DNA from: Clostridiales bacterium
GTDB lineage: Bacteria; Bacillota; Clostridia; Christensenellales; CAG-138
Assembly (NCBI GenBank): GCA_004556165.1
Contig: SFIR01000001.1
Location: forward strand, 286 to 64,285
Direction of reading: 5' to 3'
DNA: 64,000 nucleotides
Below the pieces are notes generated by a model that saw only the letters and a program-made list of their open reading frames with translations, ran no database searches and was not told the DNA's origin. This document shows positions 57,798 to 64,000 of this stretch, piece after piece. Within the stretch, counting starts at the first letter, position 1. Each line of letters starts with the position of its first letter. The position numbers and the translations under genes are program-made.

Positions 57798-58370
57798 ATG
57801 AATACTAAGATTACAATTCGTCCGGAAGAACACAAAGATTATAAGAGTATTGTTTCTCTGATTTTGCGTTCGTTTCAAGAAGGAACAGACTATTCTGATG
57901 GAACCGATATTATTGCCTTAGTGGAGGAAATCAGAGATTCAAAATATTATATTCCGAAATTGTCCTTTGTTGCGGAATTAAATAACAAGGTGGTAGGACA
58001 CTTTTTGTTTTCAAAATTTCCGCTATCTCCTACAAGGGAAGGAGGCCATAATAATGAAACAGATTCCGGAATTGTTATGTTAGCACCTGTGTCGGTTCAT
58101 GCTGATTACTTTCGCCAAGGAATTGGAACCGCTATGTTGACGATGGGAATTGAGAAAGTGAGAGAATTGGGCTATAAAGGAATAACCGTTGAAGGAAATT
58201 ATAACTTTTATAATCAAGTTGGATTTCGAACATCATCAGAATATAACATTTTTCCAACAAGTGGCTATCCAATGAAAGAACCCCGATGCATGATGTGTCA
58301 GGAGACATATGAAGGATCATTGGACGGCATACACGGTTATATCATTTATGATATGTACTTCAATGCATAA
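57798..58370 (+). CDS. GNAT-family N-acetyltransferase (YhbS-like)
   Basis: MNTKITIRPEEHKDYKSI... Motif A FRQGIGTAML. The start could also be ATG 57789. Markedly AT-rich relative to the rest of the window. Confidence 0.75.
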   Translation: MNTKITIRPEEHKDYKSIVSLILRSFQEGTDYSDGTDIIALVEEIRDSKYYIPKLSFVAELNNKVVGHFLFSKFPLSPTREGGHNNETDSGIVMLAPVSVHADYFRQGIGTAMLTMGIEKVRELGYKGITVEGNYNFYNQVGFRTSSEYNIFPTSGYPMKEPRCMMCQETYEGSLDGIHGYIIYDMYFNA

Positions 58371-58451
58371 AATTGAAGTCATAGCTTCGCAAAGAAACCG
58401 ACAACTTCCAATTTATCGAGCTGAAAATCGAAATATTGTGGAGGCAAACAC

Positions 58452-58827
58452 ATGCAATACAGTCAACAGATCGTTTTGAAAAACGGAAGCATCGCCGTTC
58501 TGAGAAACGGCGTGGAAGCTCACGGAAGCGCGGTGCTTGAAAATTTCAACCGGACGCATGCAGAAACAGATTACCTGCTTTTATATTCGGATGAAAACAG
58601 CTTTGATGCGGAACAGGAAGGCCGGTTATGCTCAGTTGGAATTAACCGTGGCGGCTGAGAACACAAGAGCCATCGCTTTATATGAAAAGGAAGGTTTTGT
58701 GGAATATGGGAGAAATCCAAGGGGATTCCTTTCTCGGACAAGCGGATTCAAGGAGGTAGTTTATATGCTGCCGGAGCTGTATAAGGCCATATTGCAGTTT
58801 TTTCACTTGCAAATCGGAATTCAGTAA
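58452..58827 (+). pseudogene. GNAT acetyltransferase pseudogene (internal deletion with frameshift)
   Basis: GGAGG plus ATG 58452. The N-terminal part is MQYSQQIVLKNGSIAVLRNGVEAHGSAVLENFNRTHAETDYLLLYSDENSFDAEQEG. It joins out of frame, near 58616-58625, to the C-terminal part RKAGYAQLELTVAAENTRAIALYEKEGFVEYGRNPRGF. The acetyl-CoA motif-A region is missing. Confidence 0.7.
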
Positions 58828-58837
58828 GGAGGAACAG

Positions 58838-59458
58838 ATGAATAAGTTAATACCCAAAATAGGTGCGCTGATTGTTGCGGTAACCGTCTTTCTATTTGCG
58901 GTATGCTTGATATTCGGTTTTAATTTCGGGTCATACCTTGTATGTATGCTTTTGCCGATAGGCTATATTATGATGGCTGCGGGATTCCACCATGAATGCC
59001 GTGAAGAGCAAAGTGTATCCGCAATTATCGGATTGGTATTTTCAGCAATATATGCGGTACTGATTTTTCTGGTATATTTTGCACAGACAACAAGTGTCCG
59101 ACTGGAAGACCTGAATGAACAAGCGATTCTGATATTGGATTATCAACGAGGCGGTCTGCTTTTCAACTATGACTTGCTTGGATATGGAATGATGGCGCTT
59201 TCGACATTTTTCATTGGCCTTTCCATCAAGGCGGACAGTAAGTCGGATAGATGGCTGAAATATTTAATGATGATACATGGAATCTTTTTCGTCGGCTGCT
59301 TTATTATGCCGATGACGGGTGTGTTCATCGGCATGGCAGATGGAAAAACAAATATAGTAGGAGTCGCCGCACTTATCGCATGGTGCGCATACTTTCTTCC
59401 CATCGGGATACTGGCATACAGGCACTTCGGCAAGAAAGACCGACAACTTCAGATTTAG
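58838..59458 (+). CDS. Polytopic membrane protein, function unknown (206 aa)
   Basis: AAGGAGG RBS. About six hydrophobic spans. Confidence 0.55.
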   Translation: MNKLIPKIGALIVAVTVFLFAVCLIFGFNFGSYLVCMLLPIGYIMMAAGFHHECREEQSVSAIIGLVFSAIYAVLIFLVYFAQTTSVRLEDLNEQAILILDYQRGGLLFNYDLLGYGMMALSTFFIGLSIKADSKSDRWLKYLMMIHGIFFVGCFIMPMTGVFIGMADGKTNIVGVAALIAWCAYFLPIGILAYRHFGKKDRQLQI

Positions 59459-59793
59459 CGGTTAGTCTATCGGAGCGAAAAATCGGGATTTGCGAGGATA
59501 TAAGCTTTCGCACACCTGTAAAACGGACACATATGCATACAAAAAATGCCTATATGCAGCGGGGTTCCCTTTGTAGAATATGGGTGTAAGCTGCTGCATG
59601 CAGGGATGCTGATTTGTCCGCAAATAGGAACCGGTATTAAGAAAGAAGAACACGATGAGAACGACGGTGAAAAGCAAAAGGGCCATTTTCTCCCGTCGGA
59701 AAGGAAAGCGATGCTGTCTCGGGCAGTGATAATCGGCATCGCAGGATTCACGGTTTGTACAGCAGATTAAGGATATGAAAACGGAGGCATAAG

Positions 59794-60783
59794 ATGAAAA
59801 TAGAAATCAGTAACGCAACGGTAGCACCTATGACCGCATGGCTGAAAGAAGCAGAAAAAACGGGTGTTCGAGATGAAGAAAAGCTGCGGCAGATTCTGTC
59901 CATGCCCGATTATGAAATTGAGTTCCGCCGATACGGAGATCCCGATTTGCCGGTATGCGGCATCAGCTTTGAGGAAGCGGTAGACTTTTTCCTGCACTTT
60001 GATGAGAAGGATTTTGAGAATCCAAGACTTTCCGGCAAGAAGGAAACCTTTTTGGCGTTTTACAACGATTTGGATGCCCGTTTGCAGAGAATTGAGCTGA
60101 TTAACAGCATTACACCCAATGATTTGAACTTGGTGGAAAAGCTTCAGGAAAACGGTCTGCCTGAGCACCTGCTGCAGGAACTGGATCATTTTACGGTTCT
60201 CCTGACAATCTCCATCGGAAACTCCATGGGGTGGCCATATGGGAATTATATCCATTTTGATGTAGCAAATCTGGATACTATTGCAGATAAGGAGACCTTT
60301 CTTCATGTGCTCGCCCATGAGATTCATCACATAATGTTCTCCCGGCTTCTCCCGGAGGATATGACGCCTCAGCAGTATTTCTTTGTGAATTTCGCTTTTG
60401 AGGGACTTGCGGTGCATTTCTGCAACAATGCTTCTACGCTCGGAAAACCTTCAAAGTATGCCGGAAAAATGTTCGCCATTGAGGAAAACGATTGGAAGTT
60501 CTATGAGGAGCAGCATCGAGAGCTCATTCAAAAGGTGCTTGCAGATGGAGAACGGGCGAAAAAAATGACGGTTGAACAGGTCGATGCATTGGTCAGGCAG
60601 TATGAGCAATTCACATTTACCTCTCTGAAAACCGGAGAAACTCGAAAGGTATTTCAATATCCTACCTATTATGCAGGCTGCTGTCTTTGGGGAATGCTTG
60701 ATTTGGAGCTTGGTAAAGAGCGGCTGTTTGAGGTACTGAAAAGCCGCGACGGCTTTCTGCGCGCATGGGAGCAGTGCCGTTGA
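59794..60783 (+). CDS. Putative zinc-dependent peptidase (HExxH; DUF2268/DUF5700-like)
   Basis: LHVLAHEIHHIMF motif. ACGGAGG RBS. 329 aa. Confidence 0.45.
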   Translation: MKIEISNATVAPMTAWLKEAEKTGVRDEEKLRQILSMPDYEIEFRRYGDPDLPVCGISFEEAVDFFLHFDEKDFENPRLSGKKETFLAFYNDLDARLQRIELINSITPNDLNLVEKLQENGLPEHLLQELDHFTVLLTISIGNSMGWPYGNYIHFDVANLDTIADKETFLHVLAHEIHHIMFSRLLPEDMTPQQYFFVNFAFEGLAVHFCNNASTLGKPSKYAGKMFAIEENDWKFYEEQHRELIQKVLADGERAKKMTVEQVDALVRQYEQFTFTSLKTGETRKVFQYPTYYAGCCLWGMLDLELGKERLFEVLKSRDGFLRAWEQCR

Positions 60784-60993
60784 GGGGAATGGGAAATACA
60801 ATCGAAAGCAGAAATAAGGATAAGCTGTGAAAAGGACAGAAAAACAACATGAAATATCGTTTTGAAGTGATTTATAAAGAGGCTCATTCCGCCGGTTTGA
60901 GCCCGTTATTTACCATTTTGATGATTGCATAGTTGGTGCCGGCATTGATAAACTGCATCCAACCGAAAACACAAAAGAATCGGGGGGTATCTT

Positions 60994-61551
60994 ATGAATA
61001 TATATGAAAACTGTCCTGTATTGGAAAATGAAAAGTTTATAATCAGATTATTTAAGAATGAAGATTGCGATGATTTATTAGAAGTGTATAGCGATAAGAA
61101 CGCATTACCGTTCTTTAACAGTGATAATTGTGACGGAGATAATTTCTATTATGCTACAAAGGAAAGAATGACAGAGGCTATTGACTTCTGGAATATGTCA
61201 TATAGAAATGGTTGGTTTGTTAGGCTTTCTGTTGTTGACAAGACAGCATCAACTGTAATCGGGACGGTAGAATTATGCTTGAGAGTATCCGGGGATGAAT
61301 TTAATAACATGGGCATTTTGCGAGTCGATGTGAGAAGTGATTATGAGCAAGAAAATGAATTGTACGGTATTTTTTCACTCATCACACCGGAGATTGAGAA
61401 GATGTTAGGATGTAAAGGTGTACTTACTAAGGCTCCGATATATGCAGTCGAAAGAATTAAAGCAATTCAGAAAGTAGGTTTTACTAAATCGGAACATCTG
61501 CTGATTGGAAAAACCGGATATGCCTATGATGGGTATTGGACGATTAAGTAA
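60994..61551 (+). CDS. GNAT-family N-acetyltransferase (RimJ/RimL-like)
   Basis: FIIRLFKNEDCDDLLEVYSDKNALPFF... C-terminal AVERIKAIQKVGFTKSEH. AT-rich gene. Confidence 0.6.
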   Translation: MNIYENCPVLENEKFIIRLFKNEDCDDLLEVYSDKNALPFFNSDNCDGDNFYYATKERMTEAIDFWNMSYRNGWFVRLSVVDKTASTVIGTVELCLRVSGDEFNNMGILRVDVRSDYEQENELYGIFSLITPEIEKMLGCKGVLTKAPIYAVERIKAIQKVGFTKSEHLLIGKTGYAYDGYWTIK

Positions 61552-61618
61552 CACCTGAAAACCCCGATTTGCCGGTATGCGGCAATACGTTTACAATATT
61601 AAATAAGGAGATACACAA

Positions 61619-62185
61619 ATGAAAGCAACATATGAACACAAGCCGGCGATGACCTTCATCGGGTTTTCAACATCCATCCGCCCGGAGGAGGGCTATAAGA
61701 AGTGCCCCGAGTTCTGGGATAGGGAGTATGCACAGAAGTACGCGCGGCTCTGGCAGACGATGAAGCCGGAAACTGCGGTGGAAGCAGCAATCTTGAAAAA
61801 CGGCATCGGCCTGTTCGCAATCTGCGATGATAAGGAGGGTTACTTTGAATACTGGATTGCAGGACTGTACAAGGGCGGAGAAGTTCCGGAAGGCCTGAAG
61901 CACTATTCCTTCCCGGAGAGCGACTGGGCGATGTTCTCCGCCAAGGGTCCTCTGCCCGGCTCCCTGCAAAATCTGAACGACCAAATCTGGCAGGAGTGGT
62001 ACCCGAATGAGGGGCAGAAATACTGCGGCAACGGCAATGCCATGCTGGAGGTTTACTCACCGGGCGATATGCAAAGCCCCGACTACGAATGCGGCATCTG
62101 GGTGCCGATTTGTAATAAAAAAGAAGAAAACGAGATGGAAGCGGCTGAAACCGTTTCGACCATGATGATCACGGGCATTCTGTGA
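61619..62185 (+). CDS. GyrI-like (AraC effector-binding/SOUL-type) small-molecule-binding domain protein
   Basis: YEHKPAMTFIGFSTSI...YWIAG...MLEVYSPGD pattern. AAGGAG RBS. Confidence 0.55.
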   Translation: MKATYEHKPAMTFIGFSTSIRPEEGYKKCPEFWDREYAQKYARLWQTMKPETAVEAAILKNGIGLFAICDDKEGYFEYWIAGLYKGGEVPEGLKHYSFPESDWAMFSAKGPLPGSLQNLNDQIWQEWYPNEGQKYCGNGNAMLEVYSPGDMQSPDYECGIWVPICNKKEENEMEAAETVSTMMITGIL

Positions 62186-62297
62186 GAGAAAAAGGGCCTT
62201 GAGGATCAAGGCAGCACCGCGGAACGGCTTTTCGGATTTTTTTTGTAACGAAACTTCTCAATCGCCGTCTAACCGATGAAATTCAGGAAGGGAGGCG

Positions 62298-62792
62298 ATG
62301 ATTACGGATAAGGAAATCTCCGAACGGCTTTATGAAGCCTACTATATGAAGGGGTATTCATTTGTTATGACCTTGGCAAAAAACAAAACGCTGTCAGAGG
62401 AAATCACGCAGGAAGCATTCTTCCGTGCTGTCACAACCGAAAAGACCTTCCGGGGCGAATGCGAAGCATTCACTTGGCTTTGTGCCATTGCCAAGAACCT
62501 GTTCTATGATGAAATGCGCAAACGGAGCAGACAGTCCAAAGAAGATGCTGCGGAGCTGTGTGACACTGGCAACGACCCGGCAGCCGCTGCCGCAGATTCC
62601 GATGCGTCATTTCGGATTCATCTTGTGCTTCATGAATTGGATGAACCGTATAAAGAGGTTTTTGAGCTCCGTTGCTTTGGCGAACTGTCCTTTAAGCAGA
62701 TAGGTACCATCTTCAAGAAGACAGAGAGCTGGGCAAGGGTAACTTATCATCGCGCAAAACTGAAAATTCAGGAAAGGATGGATGCAAAATGA
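62298..62792 (+). CDS. ECF-type RNA polymerase sigma-70 family factor
   Basis: Region 2 (EEITQEAFFRAV...FTWLCAIAKNLFYDEMRKR) and region 4 (YKEVFELRCFGELSFKQIGTIFKKTESWARVTYHRAKLKI). Confidence 0.88.
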   Translation: MITDKEISERLYEAYYMKGYSFVMTLAKNKTLSEEITQEAFFRAVTTEKTFRGECEAFTWLCAIAKNLFYDEMRKRSRQSKEDAAELCDTGNDPAAAAADSDASFRIHLVLHELDEPYKEVFELRCFGELSFKQIGTIFKKTESWARVTYHRAKLKIQERMDAK

Positions 62793-63760
62793 AATATCAG
62801 TGCGAAATCGTCCGCGATTTGATGCCCCTGTATTTGGATGGCATAGCAAGCGGACAAAGCAGACAAATGGTTGAAGCGCATCTCTCGGAGTGCAAAGAGT
62901 GTTCGGATCTTTTTTCTCAAATGAAGAACAACGAATTGGAAATCGAGGTAAAAGAAGAAAAAACAGATGTGATTGCGAGCCAGCGAAAGGTATTCAAACG
63001 AAAATCCGCATTGGTAGGCAGTGTGCTTGCAGGAATTTTCATGATTCCGATTCTCGTTTGCCTGATCGTTAATCTAGCAGCCGGCGCAGGTCTCACATGG
63101 TTTTTTATCGTCCTTGCTTCGCTTCTTGTGGCTGCGTCACTGACCGTAGTGCCACTGATGGCACCTGCGGATAAGTTCCTGTGGACGCTCGGGACTTTCT
63201 CGTTATCCCTTATCATGCTTCTGGGCATCTGCTGCATATATACAGGCGGCCGCTGGTTCTTTGTGGCAAGTTCGTCATCGCTTTTCGGAATAGGAATGCT
63301 GTTCCTTCCATTTGCCGTGAGATGCCGCCCGCTTTCCGGCGTTCTGAAAGGCCAAAAAGCGTTAGCGGTTATGACCGCAGACACGGTTTTATATGTCCTG
63401 ATGATGCTCAGTATCGGCTTATACACAAAAGCTCCGGATTTTTTCAGGATTTCCGCCGCAATCTCACTGCCGCTGATTGCGTTTGCATGGGCATTTTTTG
63501 CCTTGATTCGTTATGCCGGAAAGAACGGCTGGATAAAAGCCGGCCTCTGCACCATACTCTGCGGCGCGTTTGTCTTTTTCGCCGACTCGTTGATATGCCG
63601 GCTGATGGAATGGTCTGTTCATCTTCCCGCATTCTATCCGTTTCAATGGAACTTCAGTACAGTTGGCGGAAATGTGAAATGGCTGTCATTGATTGCCGGT
63701 GTGCTTTTGGGCACGATTTTGATTACAATAGGTTTGATTAACAGGAGGAAACAAAAATGA
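62789..63760 (+). CDS. Anti-sigma factor with zf-HC2 N-terminus and multi-TM C-terminal region
   Basis: CEIVRDLMPLYLDG...HLSECKECSDLF (HxxxCxxC). ATGA overlap with the sigma gene. About eight hydrophobic spans. Confidence 0.8.
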   Translation: MKYQCEIVRDLMPLYLDGIASGQSRQMVEAHLSECKECSDLFSQMKNNELEIEVKEEKTDVIASQRKVFKRKSALVGSVLAGIFMIPILVCLIVNLAAGAGLTWFFIVLASLLVAASLTVVPLMAPADKFLWTLGTFSLSLIMLLGICCIYTGGRWFFVASSSSLFGIGMLFLPFAVRCRPLSGVLKGQKALAVMTADTVLYVLMMLSIGLYTKAPDFFRISAAISLPLIAFAWAFFALIRYAGKNGWIKAGLCTILCGAFVFFADSLICRLMEWSVHLPAFYPFQWNFSTVGGNVKWLSLIAGVLLGTILITIGLINRRKQK

Positions 63761-64000
63761 AAAAAATATTAGTATTTGCAGCTCTGACCGCGATTGCGCT
63801 TGCAGCAATGTGCGGCATGACCGGCTGCTCTTATTTCGGCTCGGTCACATACGATAATGCGGATAAATATTCCGTCGGCAACACGGAGTTTACTGACAAA
63901 ATTGAAAATATAGAAATCGATTGGTCCAGCGGAAGCGTAAGTGTGGTTTCCCATTCGGGAAACACGTTCATGCTGTCGGAAAAGGAGGAAGACGGAATAC
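63757..64000 (+). CDS. Lipoprotein, DUF4097-like (partial; continues beyond the window)
   Basis: Not in the ORF track (no stop in window). ATGA overlap with the anti-sigma gene. MKKILVFAALTAIALAAMCGMTGC lipobox. ...KIENIEIDWSSGSVSVVSHSG resembles DUF4097 beta repeats. Confidence 0.6.
   Translation, partial: MKKILVFAALTAIALAAMCGMTGCSYFGSVTYDNADKYSVGNTEFTDKIENIEIDWSSGSVSVVSHSGNTFMLSEKEEDGI

Noticed and set aside
59462-59751. Minus-strand ORFs of 74 and 94 aa in the 59459-59793 gap
   Set aside because: The RBS spacing is poor (GGGAG only 3 nt from the ATG), and the sequences are low-complexity or unconvincing. They are possibly remnants of a decayed membrane protein gene, but the support is insufficient.

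Overview
This 64-kb chromosomal window comes from a Gram-positive, spore-forming anaerobe. It is probably Clostridia and Oscillospiraceae/Ruminococcaceae-like. That taxon is an inference from dockerin-bearing secreted proteins, ptb-buk, spoIVA, alpha/beta SASPs, Coat-F proteins and class III RNR. All calls come from reading the sequence and ORF translations by eye, with no database search. I find about 57 protein-coding genes and 2 decayed genes. I see no rRNA, tRNA, CRISPR array, transposase, integrase or phage genes. Most of the window (12-53 kb) is housekeeping: rRNA methyltransferases, a heterodimeric ABC exporter, groESL, hslO, a PBP5-type carboxypeptidase, tldD/pmbA-like genes, der, spoIVA, SASPs, ptb-buk, trxA, a CNNM transporter, tatD, a phosphohexomutase, mreB, nrdD-trxB, rng and radical SAM partners.

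The accessory parts are:
- 1-8.7 kb: two divergent, very large secreted proteins. One is edge-truncated and missing from the ORF track.
- 8.8-12.0 kb: a tightly coupled cassette. It encodes an 83-aa four-Cys peptide, a membrane protein, an HPr-kinase-like P-loop protein, a radical SAM/SPASM enzyme and a PqqD-like protein. This is my best candidate for an undescribed RiPP-type system.
- 53.6-64 kb: a mosaic segment. It holds an esterase-acyltransferase fusion, a TetR regulator, several GNATs (two degraded), an HExxH protein and an ECF sigma/anti-sigma/lipoprotein triad.

Other leads:
- a leader-peptide/terminator attenuator upstream of the ABC exporter pair
- a promoter-leader-terminator (riboswitch-like) arrangement upstream of the CNNM gene
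- an NrdD-glutaredoxin fusion operon with trxB under tandem NrdR-like boxes
- a roughly 40-nt palindromic element present twice in divergent promoter regions
- a roughly 130-aa module that recurs in three secreted proteins
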